From Kudoa neothunni (Eukaryota; Animalia; Cnidaria), in contig OZ199838.1 of NCBI GenBank assembly GCA_964304625.1, forward strand, positions 1-64,000: 64,000 nt of DNA, in the 5' to 3' direction. Made by a program: the position numbers and the translations under genes. Positions within the stretch are counted from its first letter, which is position 1; every line of letters starts with the position of its first letter. The notes under the pieces were generated by a model. It was given only the letters and a program-made list of their open reading frames with translations, was not told the DNA's origin and did no database searches. Below, one piece after another: positions 12,991 to 25,513 of the stretch.

Positions 12991-13560
12991 ATGAGCAAAG
13001 TTAATATGCCAAAGGTTTTACTTGTATTTCTTGTATTAATTGGTAAATATCAATTATTAGTTCACAACTATAAAACCTTAAAATAGTTATTATAAGATAT
13101 GGAATTTGTGCCACCGAAGTAAAATTTAGTTTCATTAAATGATGATAGTTAAATAGTTGTGGAGAGATCAAAACTATCTTAAGCGCATGGAAAACCCAAA
13201 AAATGAATAAACACTTATCAAAAAGACGAATAGAGTTTCAATCTCAATCGACACATTTGGTAAAAAGAAATATTTACATCTCAGCAATTCCAATGGAGCA
13301 TAATTTCCATTGATGTTATCACAAAAATTTAATTATTTGAAAACTCTACGCACATCCTACATAGTTTTTAGAATTCGTATAGAGACCCAAATTATTCCAA
13401 CATGACAACAACTTATAATCTCTAATTATGTGTTTTATTTAAAATGATCATAATCTATTTTGCTTAACTATACCCATAACGTTTGAAAAGAGAAAAACAC
13501 ATCCCAAATAACTTATTTATGTTTAAAATTTTAAGGGATATGCAATATCTCTTGTAAATG
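12991..13560 (+). pseudogene. 5' end of an ADAM/M12B-like gene (signal peptide plus propeptide), interrupted by stops
   Basis: Exons 12991-13042, 13087-13118 and 13157- (introns 44 and 38 nt) give MSKVNMPKVLLVFLVLIVIIRYGICATELWRDQNYLKRMENPKNE*TLIKKTNRVSISIDTFGKKKYLHLSN. IDTFGKKKYLHL resembles the M12B propeptide motif afGk.y.LhL. In-frame TAA at 13208 and 13301. Confidence 0.5.
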
Positions 13561-13854
13561 TGACGTTAATAGTTTTATTTGTCTTAGAGTAACTCCTAAC
13601 AGACATATGTAAAAATTTTAGAACATCCTACATCATAATCAAGAGACTCTTTTTCTATACAATGAGTAAAATGTTCATTCTAATCGAGTATCACTATGAA
13701 GCAAACAACTATTAAATACTATACAGGTATTTTTTATCTGCTATTTGAGTAGACAACCGGAAAATACCTTACATCTAACTGCAGTATTGATTATATTTAT
13801 ACTTCTAAGTAAATGAAAGATTTTTATTAATGGTATCATCTATTCAAATGTATA

Positions 13855-13970
13855 CTAAAAGCTGTATTTAAGGAAAGTTTGTCCATTGCACATGCGAACT
13901 GCTGCAAACACACACACTGACAGACATAAGAGCTTCATATATATATGTATATATATATATAGAAGATAGA
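13855..13970 (-). mobile_element. non-autonomous Helitron 5'-end fragment
   Basis: Minus strand reads TCTAT..TATATATA..GTCTGTCAGTGTGTGTGTTTG..CGCATGTGC, the same 5' signature as the Helitron at 36823. Confidence 0.5.
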
Positions 13971-13974
13971 TTAT

Positions 13975-14817
13975 TTCTAAGGAAATCCTCTTTGGATGGA
14001 TATAGCTTCCTTTGCAAGAGGAAAAATTGCCACCGAGAATCCCCATTAAGAGCTGAGTCAATTTTTTCGAATTCGCACCTCTTTTTATATTCCCTCATAA
14101 AATTTATATATTTGTGGAGTAGAGGTGTAGAGGTGTAACGACCCAAGAATGACGTATGAGACAATGTGACATTGGGTCTGCCAATACAGTAGTCGATTGG
14201 AAAAATTTTCTAAGAGACGTGTGCCTCTCTTATTTTTTGGAAAACCCGATCAAAATTGGAGGTCCTGGAATTAAAATTCAGATCGATGAAAGCCTCATTT
14301 GTAAAAGGAAATTCGGCGTTGGCAGAATTCTATAAAACCAAAGTGTCTGGATTGTAGATGACATTGATAAAAATGGAAATGTTTTTATGGTAGAGACTAA
14401 AAAAAGGGATTATGCTACATTAGAAAATATCATCACCAATCATGTTAAAAAATGGTCCATAAGTCATTCCGGTGGATGGCGTGGTTACGCATGATTACAC
14501 AAACTTGGGTATCTTCATGAGACCGTTATTCACGACAATGAATTTGTCTCCTCGACAGTTGTACACACTGACCGGATTGAAGGTACATGGAGTGTCTTCA
14601 AACGGAAGTATAGAAGCATCACCAACAATAAAATATTATTTCTACATATATATCTGAATGATGCTTTCGAAGAGTCGGCCAAGACAAACTCGCAACCAAA
14701 TTAATTAGACAAATTAAAAGCATATATAATTTTAATTAATAGTTATTGTCTTCTCATAAATTTGCGTGATGTTTCGAGAATATTTAGCTCTATAAAAGAC
14801 ACAACGTTAAGTGATCT
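13975..14817 (+). mobile_element. Merlin (IS1016/ISXO2-like) transposon, 5'-truncated pseudogene
   Basis: Translates to VVDWKNFLRDVC, IGGPGIKIQIDESLICKRKFGVGR, GWRGY and VHTDRIEGTWSVFKR, which are Merlin/IS1595-family DDE motifs. Confidence 0.85.
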
Positions 14818-15576
14818 TAATGGTATCAATTATCATATTCACTAAATTTTGATATTTTGAAATATTTTTATGATTAAGTTAAAGAAACATTTCAATATTT
14901 AACAAAAAAATATAATATTAAAAGTTAGCATATTCCAATTGTTCAATTTTAGCTTGTTTGAAACTTAAAGCGTTTAATTAAGTTGGGTCAAATAAAAATT
15001 TAACTGAGAAAGGTTTAGATTTGACTAAGTCTGTAAATTAGAATAGACAGAAAATATACGGTTTTTACGTCTTTAAGTAAGCATATTCATCATCAATTAA
15101 TTATTTCACGTTACCTCTAACCTACTAGTATAAGATAAAAAATATATTTTGGAAAAATAATTTTTTGCTTGAAAAAGTTATTATATAAGAAAGGTAATTT
15201 ATGAAATCAATTATTCCAAATTCTAGCTGCAGACATTATTAAGTGTCATCCACTGAATAATGTCGCATGATTTTGTTTACAATTAAATTATTAAAATATA
15301 ATTAATCCATGTTTTTTCAATTTTATTCTAATAATTTTTTTTTATAATTTTTAAGCCAACATTTTACATACATGTATTATAATATTAAAATTTCTTCACG
15401 CCTGTGTAATTCACAATATCCAAAACATGTATATTTCTCTTTAATATAATTAGTAGATGTAACATGCGATTTAATATTAGTTACATTAATAAGTTTATCG
15501 AATATCACTATAAATTGAATTAAATCCTTGCTATTGCATAATATATAAATCTAGCATAATTACATATAAACTTGTA

Positions 15577-17462
15577 GGGTTTCTCAATTGAACTCGGCAC
15601 CATTTTCATTTTGGTTCCAACAATAATTCATATTTAGACGTTTAAATCACTTAGATGTAACTATAAATTTAATTTTTAATAACGAATAATTAAAAGAAAA
15701 AAAAAATATATATATATACATATCTCGTAACTTACAATTATGATGACACTACTCTACATACTCGAATCATTGTGCTGTAAAGTTAATGTTTTGCAATTTA
15801 AATAATTATTTTTCTTTTAAACATATTTTTAAATATTATTAAAGATTAGAGCGTATATCCATATTAAGTTTGGTGTTAAATAGTGTTACTAAATTTCTTA
15901 CATAAATAGAAACAACAAAACTTTAAATCCGATATTTATATATTTTTTATTCTAAGATAATTTCTCCATGAGATGACCTGGTAATGTATCCTAACATTTT
16001 GCGGTAGAATCCATCGCATTGTTGTAGAGTAATTTCTTTAAAGCAATCATTAATGGTCACTCTTTCATTTTCATTTTTGGATTGCCTACAGATGACCAGG
16101 TTTATCCAAACAGAGAAGACATTTTCTATGGGATTAAGAAAATGGTTATAAGGTGGTAAATACCTTATTGGGATATTTTCTCTAACAACCAAATCTTTTA
16201 ATCCCGTGTAATGATGAATTTTGGCATTATCCTTTACGAAAATCGATTGATGCACACCTTTCGTTATACAGGAATTCTTAAAGTCCTCCCCTGTAACCGC
16301 CTTGTCGTGTATTTTGCTGTAAATTATTCTATTTTTATTTACAGCTGCGACAACAGAAATATTCCTACTTCTAGTAGCGAAACAAAGCAATAGGCTGACG
16401 TTCCTTTTAACGATCTATCTCTTTTAGGTCGCGTCACAACAGAGAACCCTACTTCATCGAGGAAAACAATACTCTCATGAGTCACCGTCGTTTTCCCAAC
16501 TCCCTGAACATTTCTGCATATTCCTTTCTTTTTTGAATGGTGGTTTCGCAGTTTCTTCTCTCCGGCATTCTCACTAAGTTTTTTAGAGTATAGTGAAATT
16601 GTCCAATCACCCTGTCGATTGTACTAAGCGACACAACAATTCCAAAATCCTCATGGACTTTATTTTTTCCTTCTGTTCGGGAGAAAGAACAGGTCGTCTA
16701 TTTCCGCCTCTAGGTTTCGGTTCAAGAGTTCTACTCATCCTGAATTTGGATAAAATAGACCAGACAGTAGACCCAGGCAGACGCATCTCCGATGCAATAT
16801 AGGTATCACTCCTCCCCTTTTCAAAAAAGTTGAACATTTGCTTTCTCAGTTCAGACGATATTGTTTTCCGTTGAACTCGTTTCTTAGGCTCCAAAATAAT
16901 TAGAAATTCATTGTCATCGGAAATAGAACCATCAGATTCAATTAAATTGTTATTTCTCTCTTCTGGATTCATTGCACTATGAAATTTCTTTGCGACAACG
17001 CAATTTTAGTAACCAATGAGTTCGGTCAGAAAACGTCACACGTGGTTTGACAGAATTAGAGAATTCTGATGATAAGACCATTATCTGAGATACGAAAGAA
17101 ACATATTCAGTTTACCATATTTTTAATGCGCTGCCTCGATCTTTTGATCGTATTTATTATACGAGGTCTTTTGTTCCTGAGTCTAAGGTTGATATTACAT
17201 TGTTCTTTCTATGATATAATTTTCTTAAAAATAAATTTTAAAGAGGAATTATTATATGGTACCTATTAAAGGTTACACAAAAATTTGTTGGGGAAATCGA
17301 ATTAAGCTTGTTTTTAACATGTAATATATTGTGTGTTTTCCATTGATATTTATTTATTTTTTTTTACGGGAATAACTAATAAACGTTTACTAAAAATATC
17401 ATTAATGTTCAAATATGAACTATTGTTGGAACCAAAATGGCGCCGAGTTCAATGAGAAACCC
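15577..17462 (-). mobile_element. Tc1/IS630-like DD34E transposon, decayed transposase ~16972-15947
   Basis: TA TSDs at 15575-76 and 17463-64. ~50-bp TIRs gggtttctcaattgaactcggcacc / ggcgccgagttcaatgagaaaccc. HTH N-terminus, FLDEVGF, and DNAKIH...YLPPYNHFLNPIE with 34 residues between D and E. Confidence 0.92.
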
Positions 17463-17832
17463 TATATAATAATTAACAGGCATGTTATTCATAATATAGA
17501 TTTTGTGTATTTTTGTATTATTGATATTATTACAGACAAATTAATTTCTTATATGGGAGATAAATAAATATTAATTTGTTCAACACACTGAACAATATAA
17601 AACCTAAAAATTAAAAATAACCTAACTTTACAAAATAAATTGAAACAATTTTAGTGGACAAAAAATTTTCTTTTAAAAAATAAAAAACAAGTACAAAATT
17701 TATAAAATAAAATAAATTATCTCCAGTATTTTTATACTTATTAAATTACATTAAATAAAATATATATATATATATATATATATCTATAATAAGCGTTTTT
17801 TTTTGATAATAAATGTAGAAATTAACTATTAA

Positions 17833-18929
17833 CTAGCGAAACTGCCCAGCGTTGCTTGGGGAAGATTTCGCATAGATACGCGTTTCTTAACAATATTCGA
17901 AAAATATATTAAAACCTAAAATTAACCCATAGATGCAAAATAAATAAAAAAATTTAAGCAAATATACTTTAACGATTTTGATTATGAAGTTTAAATTATG
18001 TTCATTTAAGATTTCGTGGCTCGGCACTAACGCTAAATAAGTTAAGGTCAGCATCGTATTTTTTTCATTCCTGAATTGTTTAAATCCCGTTTAAGGTTAT
18101 GTAAAACGTTATTTTTTGGCCGGAGGATTTTTAAAAGTTGAATTGTGGCCCGTTCGATAACTGCGTGTACCATTAACTTTTTAAGAGATAAAAAAATGGA
18201 GAAAGTAATAGAGATAGAAGAAAACGTATGAAAATTAATTGATATTGCTAAAATTAATATCCTTTGTTCCGCAAAAATTCTAATGCGCTTTTTATAACAA
18301 ATAATTAAAATAATCGGATGAAATAACCATCTGCACTTAATTGAATCACTGAAAGTTCAACATAACGGACGGTTTCAATGAAATCTACGGACACAACACT
18401 TGCGTTATAGTGCTTCAATCTATCTGATTATAACACATATAACCAACTAAATAATAATGCAAATATTGACATTTTTTCATATCTAAATCCATTGATAGAG
18501 CCTTCAGAATGTGCTTATCAAGTCAATTACATTAAAACTCCCGATATAAGGAATTTATTTGTGCAAACAATAAAATAAACGCATAAATCTTATATGTAAA
18601 GACAGATGGCATCATTCAATTAACATATGATAGAGTATATAAGGGAGATAGTTAACTTCAACCGACCATCACCATAACGTAAGCAAACGATAATCCTATA
18701 GTTGAACTCATGTAATACGATAAACAACTTTAAATCGACAAAATCACTATTTCATAAATACCATTTGGAAACTTTAGTAGTCCGAAAACAATTAAACGAT
18801 TTTTTAAATATCACAAATTTATAAAAATTTTATATATGACTATCTCTTTAGGGAAAAAGTTATCCGCACTTGCGTACTTAGGGGCATACACACACAAACA
18901 TACCGACAGTCCTCCTTTATATATATACA
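17833..18929 (-). mobile_element. non-autonomous Helitron
   Basis: On the minus strand it starts TGTATATATATAAAGG..TGTCGGTATGTTTGTGTGTG and ends CCCAAGCAACGCTGGGCAGTTTCGCTAG (hairpin+CTAG) followed by T. Confidence 0.7.
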
Positions 18930-18931
18930 TA

Positions 18932-19726
18932 CTAGCGCAAAAACCCCGCTTCGCTTTGGTTTCCTTGCCCGGCCACCCTGATAAAAGCCGTGAGCGGGCG
19001 AAGGTCATTTTAAGTTCAAAGTCAATTATAATTATCTTATCGACCTTTCTAGAACAGCCATAATCGAAATAAACAGCAATGACCCGATCATCATCACTTT
19101 CTTCGTCATCAGACTTTATTTTCATTTAGAAATCATAAGTTCTTACAAATCATGAGGCGTATTAATCGTTTTACCCAACCCGTCGATGAAACCGATGAAC
19201 TAACTAATCTAAAAGTTTGTTAACAATGTTTTACTTAATCATAACGTTCTAACATAATTTTATGTTTATTTAAAAAAATATAACTTTTTATCTTTAACTA
19301 AACGTGCAAAGTGAATAATATATTCAAGCGTATTGATTTATTAATTTCCCGTTTAAGCAACAAATCTTTGTTTGCACAGAAACCCCGCCCACGCACGAAC
19401 AAATGTTGTAATTCGTCTTAAGTACGTTCAAAAGTAGAAAAGAGTAAACTTTCAAAGTTTCAGTTGTATATAAATACAGAAAATTAGAGTTATCTACGAA
19501 TATCATTGAACATTATAGCGTATCATGTGCAGTGGTAATCTCATTGTCATCAGCGCTAATCTGTTTGAAAAAAGTTTACACTACAAATTAACCACTTTAT
19601 AAGAAAGTAGGCAACCTCTTGGTATTTTTTTAAAGTATACTAAGAAACTCAAATAGTCTAAAAAGTCTCTGTATGAAGAGAAGATTAATGCACACACAGA
19701 CACTACTACTTTAAATATATATATAT
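18932..19726 (-). mobile_element. non-autonomous Helitron (family with copies at 2135, 31735 and 49481)
   Basis: Minus-strand 3' end GCGAAGCGGGGTTTTTGCGCTAG|T; 5' end ATATATAT..GTGTCTGTGTGTG. Colinear homology to 49481-50068. Confidence 0.78.
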
Positions 19727-20022
19727 TAAATTTAATAAAGTACGTTGAAAGTTTAAATAACGTTTGCATCTCATGACTCCATAATTTTTTATCAATCGAT
19801 TAATTGAATTAATTCTTTATTATTTCGCCTAAAATCTTCCACCCCCAATCACTTTAATATTGATGTTCTGCGTCTGACACTCTAATATTATGCAATGGAA
19901 ATTTCTTCTTGTCTCCCTCTAAACATTTGTTTATGAATAAGTTGTTGGCAAGTAAACTATATCATTCGATCGCATCCCTAATTTTTTATAGAGTCAACCA
20001 TATTTTGCCTATACACACCAAG

Positions 20023-20152
20023 TGTGACGGATTTGCATATGTTATTTAACATTGCAATATAATAAACAATGGATAATCCATCTAAGCGGCATTTTATCTG
20101 TTATCATCATGAACAGTGTGTTTTTCTACAGCGTTACATTAAATTAATAACA
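20023..20152 (+). repeat. 5' LTR of BEL/Pao element
   Basis: Direct repeat of 25379-25508; TGT...ACA ends; followed by PBS. Confidence 0.95.
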
Positions 20153-23100
20153 TGGCACCCGATGCGGGACAATACACTCGGAAATTCTGTAATAAACGCT
20201 GCTGTCCTGCGATTGAGACGAAAATTAACTTGTTATCGAAGCAGCTCCAGTCTCACATGGACTGGACGGAAAATATAGACATTGCTGAACTCTGTAAAAC
20301 TAAGAAAAAACTTGCATGTCTTCTGAATCTGTATAAGGAATACGTCATAAACTTCGTTAATGGTGGAAATACAAACGATTTCACCGATTGTAGTAACATT
20401 ATTGTGGACGTCGAACTTCTGTTAAAAGATGCCGAAGAAATCATATCAAATGATCAAGAAATCTATTATAAGTCTGTTTACAACAAAGCCGAACAATATA
20501 GCTTAGAGCAAAATGAGGTTCTAACCTCTACCAGAACCTGCAACTCTAACGTACGTCTTCCGCCAATCAAACTCGAGAACTTTGGTGGTTCGTTGGAAAG
20601 GGTGGCCTTAATATTGGGGAGAATTTCCAATCCTTAATTGGAAATGACAATAATTTGAGAGTTTACACCAAATTATTGTACCTGAAGTCTACCTTATTCG
20701 GCGAACCAAAGAAAATGCTGAATGATATGCCCGCGGAAACACATGGATTACATAACCGCAGTGGAGATCCTTCAGAAGAGATATGATAAAAAGGAGACCT
20801 AGTCAGAATTTGTATGAAAAATTAGGGAATATGAATATTATTTCCAACTCCACTACGGATCTGCGTCGTGTATTTTATTTCATTTTTACGTCTGTAAAAA
20901 GAATTAAATTGCTAGATCTGTCTATGTCGGAAACATACATGATTCCGTTCCCAGCTATCAAATATCAAAACTGTCGAAATTCTTTCGATTGAAATTGGAA
21001 GAATCCAAAGTGAATAACAATTGGTCTCTTGAACTCTTGGAAACAACCAATGTGACTTCATTCAAACCCTTTAATAAAAACGTTAACAAACTCTAATTTC
21101 ATCAGCCGGTTACCAAAAGGCTTGAAATGTGCTTTCTGCAATGGCCATCATTACAGTGGATGATTGCAGAAAGTATATCTCAACAAAGGAGAGATCTAAA
21201 AAACTTGGAGAAAAATGTATCAAATGCCTGAAATTTCACAAGTCAAGAAATTGCTATCATAATAACGCGTGTTATCATTGTCAAATCATTGAATCATCAT
21301 CGTAGCCTTTGCCCGAAAAAATTCCAAACTCATTCAGAGAAGGTTCTTATAGCTCAAAAAAATGACTCTGAGGATATTCAACCTTGCGATATTGGTAATT
21401 CAATGAACGATAATTGTAACGTTCAATTATATTCTTCTGGACCTAACCAAGAAATCAACTCTGCACTCATTCCCACATTTAGAGCGACACTTGTCAGTCC
21501 ATACGATACCCATCATGTTGCTGATGCTAACATTATTTTAGATACTGGTAGTGCTTCTAGTTACGTGAGAGAAGATATTTAAAAAACTGGAACTAAAACC
21601 CATATCAAAAGGAAAAGTCACGGTCTCAACTTTCGGATCCTCCTCACCTAGATCTTTGAATTCTTCAACTGCATGGATTGGCATTAACAAACCTAATGAA
21701 AAGATATTTAAATTAATGGTTAGAACTGTCCCAATGATTTCCTCAAAAATTCAAGTCCCCTTACTTGATAATATTGTCAAAAATATATCGTGCACGGAGA
21801 AATTCGCCGATGAAATCTCACCCTATTCTAATGCTTGAATAGACTTGCTAGTTGGATCTAACTACTTCTGGAGAATCTTCGTTTCTAAGCTTGATCCATC
21901 TACTGGACCTATCAATTCTAATAAAAAACAATTTTTGGCATTATACCAACTGGGAACATGGTTGTGAGTGTACACGATGATCCATCTTGTGTATTCTTCT
22001 GTGATTATCCTCTCGACAAAAACCTTTCTCCTATAACAGATGTAAGCAGCGTGGAACCTTTCCAAACAGAGGTTTCAAAACTTTGGAAATTGGACTCGAT
22101 CGGGTATAACGGATGACCCACTTGACGAAGAACATACGATTTCTATTAAACATTTTAAAAGTACATTAAAATTCCAAAATAATCGATATCATATCAAATG
22201 GCCATTTAATGCTGATATTTCAAATTGCCACATAATTATTTCAACTGCCCGGCTCAATTAGCAAATTTAACGAAGAAACTATTGAATTCTGAAGAATTAT
22301 ATAAAATTTATTGTGATATAATCTGTGATCAACTGGAAAATGAGATAATAGAAATAGTCCACGAAAATCAACCAAGTTTAAAGGGATGTCACTACTTACC
22401 TCATCATATGGTAACTCCAACAAACAAACCAATGACAAAAAGTCGCATTGTATTTAATGCATAGTATAAATCAAATAAGCTTTCGAAAAGTTTTAATGAT
22501 TGTTTACTGGATGGACCTATGCTGTTGAATGATCTTACCGGGATTCTACTACGTATGCGATTCAAAAGATTTATAGTTTTTATGCGATATTGAGAAAGCG
22601 TTTCTGCAAATCGGTGTTTCAAGAAAGTGATAGAGACCTGACGAGATTCTTATGTATCAAAAATTTGAACAATGGCATTTCTAAAAACAATGTTTTGATA
22701 TATCGATTTAAAAGAGTTCCATTTGGAATAAAGGCATCTCCATTTATTCTTTGTTCGACTATAAAACATCACTTGGAAAGTTCAAATTCAAAACTATGCC
22801 GAAAAATTTTATCGAACGTTTACATGGACAATTTCATAATTGGATTAGATACTATTGAGGAAGTGATGACTGCTCGAGAAGAAATGATAAGTATTTTCAA
22901 AAAATGCTCAATGAATCTGTTGGAATAGAGCTCGAATTGCAATGAATTTAACAAATTATTTCCAACCAACGAGAAACTTCAATCAACACAGATAAATGTC
23001 AGGCTTAATCTGGAATACAAAATCTGACAGCCTGAGAATTGGAGGTTTCGGCACCAATTCTGCGATGTCCAAACGAGATGTGACAAAAACAATGATCCAA

Positions 23101-25362
23101 AGTATTCGATCCACTCGGATTTTTTTGTCCAACGATGTTGAAGGGCAAAATACTTCTGAAGAATTTATGGATGGAATCAAAAAATTGGGACGATTATATT
23201 GGTGACGAAGCCAAAAGTGAAATAGATAAAATAATGAATGATATTACTGGCATCGAAAAACTTGAAATTCAACGCTTCATTGATATTCAGGGTTCTGAGG
23301 AACCTCAACGAATCTCCTTTTCTGATGCGTCCATGAATGCTTATGCCTGCTGTGTGTACATTTGCTACAAAAAGTCTGGTTCATGGTATTCCAAGTTAGT
23401 TTTTGCCAAGGCTAGGAATAGCTCCAATGAAAAAGCTATCCATACCAAGACTCGAATCTCGAATTGATGGGAGCTATTATCGCTGGCAGTTCCTTGCATT
23501 TTGTTAAGAGCCAATTGTTAATTGATATATCAAAATGTATGCTCTTTGTGGACTCCAAATGCGTTATGTATTGGTATTATTCAAAAAAGAACTTATCGAT
23601 ATTCGTCAAAAATAGAATAAATGAACTCAAATGCAATTTGGATATAACAATCAAATATGTACTACTGCTGAAAACCCAGCGGATATACCTACAAGAGGAA
23701 TGCTCGTATCTGAACTGTCTGAAAGCTCTTTATGGTGGAATGGCCCGACTTGGCTACAATCGGATGAATCGTTATGGGAAGTCTATGCATGCTGTAGATA
23801 ACCTTAATATTCCTAATGAAGCGCTGGTCGAATTAGCAAAGCATGAATCTACGCAAATAAAAACATTGGTTGTTCAAGATTCAAATAATCACTTAATACA
23901 AAGTCCATTCTCTATTGAAATTGAAAATTTTACTAGTCTACTTAAGCTACTACGGGTTACCGCGCGGTGTAATCGTTTTTGTTATAACACTAGAGAAAAC
24001 ATCAAATAAATGGATGTCTTACGGCTCGAGAATTAGAAAGAGCTAGAATGATGTGGGACTTGTGGATTCAAAAAGCCATCTTCATGATATATACGAATCA
24101 GTTAAAATGGAGAACCTGTGAAAATCAACAACTTACCACGACTTTTTTTCGACAAAAATGATCTAGTCAGATGTGCTGGTCGACTTGATTTTGCCCAACT
24201 TGCATATGATGAAATTAATTCTAAATTGTTACCAAGACCAACAAAATACACGAAACTCATTATCATGGATGCTCATCTTAGAGCGATTCATGGTGGTGTA
24301 TCTTATACGCTTTCAGTGGTTCAATCGCAATACTGGATACCTAAAGGGCGATCTCAAGTTAAAAAATTCATTAGAAAATGTCATCAATGCAAAATACTAA
24401 AGAGTAAACCTTACAATGTTCCACCGTTTCCTGTCTCTAGAGTTAACGTATCTCCTGCATTCACTCATGTTGGCCTGGACTATTTTGGCCCAATTGGGGT
24501 AATGATTGGATCAGATAATGAAAAGGTCTGGATCTGCCTTTACTTTACACATGGTTTAGCTGTAAGGGCAATACACCTCGAAATCATTCACAATTTATCC
24601 GCTGAAGAGTTCTTGATGTGTCATCGTAGGTTTATCGCTCGAAGAGGGAGGACCGCTAGAAATTTTATCGGATAACGCAACACAATTCGGACTGGCTGAA
24701 TCCATAATAAAAGATTTTCTCACTAATAATGATGTAGTATGGAAATTCACACCAGCGTTTGCTCCTTGGAAGGGAGGCGTATATGAGAGATTAATCAAAA
24801 TTGTCAAAAACTGTTTTCAATATACCACCAAAAAGAATACTTAGCTTATCTCATCTGTCGACATTTTTATTCGAAATGGAAATGTGGTGAATAATCGACC
24901 ATTAACCTATGTTGATGCTGATTCCGTTATTCGCCCCATCACACCTAATGATTTCCTGATACTGAATCCACGACGTGATCCTTATATCTTAAAGCCTGAG
25001 GATGATTTGGAAACATTTCAAATGGATCTAAGGAAGGAACAAATTATCAATCATTGGAAAAAGGGTCAAAAATTACTTTCAGTATTCAATAATCATTGGA
25101 GAAGAGAATACCTATTGAGTTTGAAAGAAAGATACAACAACCGGTTGATTACTGAATCGCCTAGTGAACTGACACCTAAAGTTGGCGATATCGTTCTGGT
25201 GCATGACCAGGACTCAAGCTTAACTAGAAAATTGCTAGAGTCATACAGTTGCTAAAGGGTCATGATAATCAAATAAGGTCGGCGATGATTAAGTTTGGTA
25301 ACCGAAAGACATCTAAGAGATCTTTGGCTCAACTCTACCCCTTAGAAATTGATGGATTCTGA
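20152..25362 (+). pseudogene. BEL/Pao gag-pol polyprotein, frameshifted
   Basis: Domain order is Gag (RLPPIKLENFGG, three zinc knuckles), protease (ILDTGS), RT (RVPFG..SPF, YMDN), RNase H (FSDAS), integrase (H2C2, GLDYFGP, APWKGG) and C-terminal WRREYL..L. Confidence 0.93.
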
Positions 25363-25378
25363 ACTTAATTTGGGGGAG

Positions 25379-25508
25379 TGTGACGGATTTGCATATGTTA
25401 TTTAACATTGCAATATAATAAACAATGGATAATCCATCTAAGCGGCATTTTATCCGTTATCATCATAAACAGTGTGTTTTTCTACAGCGCTACATCAAAT
25501 TAATAACA
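25379..25508 (+). repeat. 3' LTR of BEL/Pao element
   Basis: Preceded by PPT and followed by TSD CCAAG. Confidence 0.95.
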
Positions 25509-25513
25509 CCAAG

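Larger units (their letters stand above)
20023..25508 (+). mobile_element. full-length BEL/Pao LTR retrotransposon
   Basis: 130-bp TG..CA LTRs at 20023-20152 and 25379-25508 with 4 substitutions. 5-bp TSD CCAAG at 20018-22 and 25509-13. PBS TGGCACCCGATGCGGGAC at 20153 and PPT GGGGGAG at 25372-78. Confidence 0.96.

Noticed and set aside
791-13303. In-frame TAA codons in ADAM-like exons suggesting a TAA/TAG=Gln genetic code
   Set aside because: The Gln-rich 1274-codon exon at 32853-36677 has no TAA or TAG, which is implausible under reassignment in such AT-rich DNA. Pseudogenisation or sequence error is simpler.
14821-14828. TGGTATCA as a tRNA-iMet primer-binding site
   Set aside because: Lacks the following GAGC and has no adjacent LTR at any of the three occurrences.
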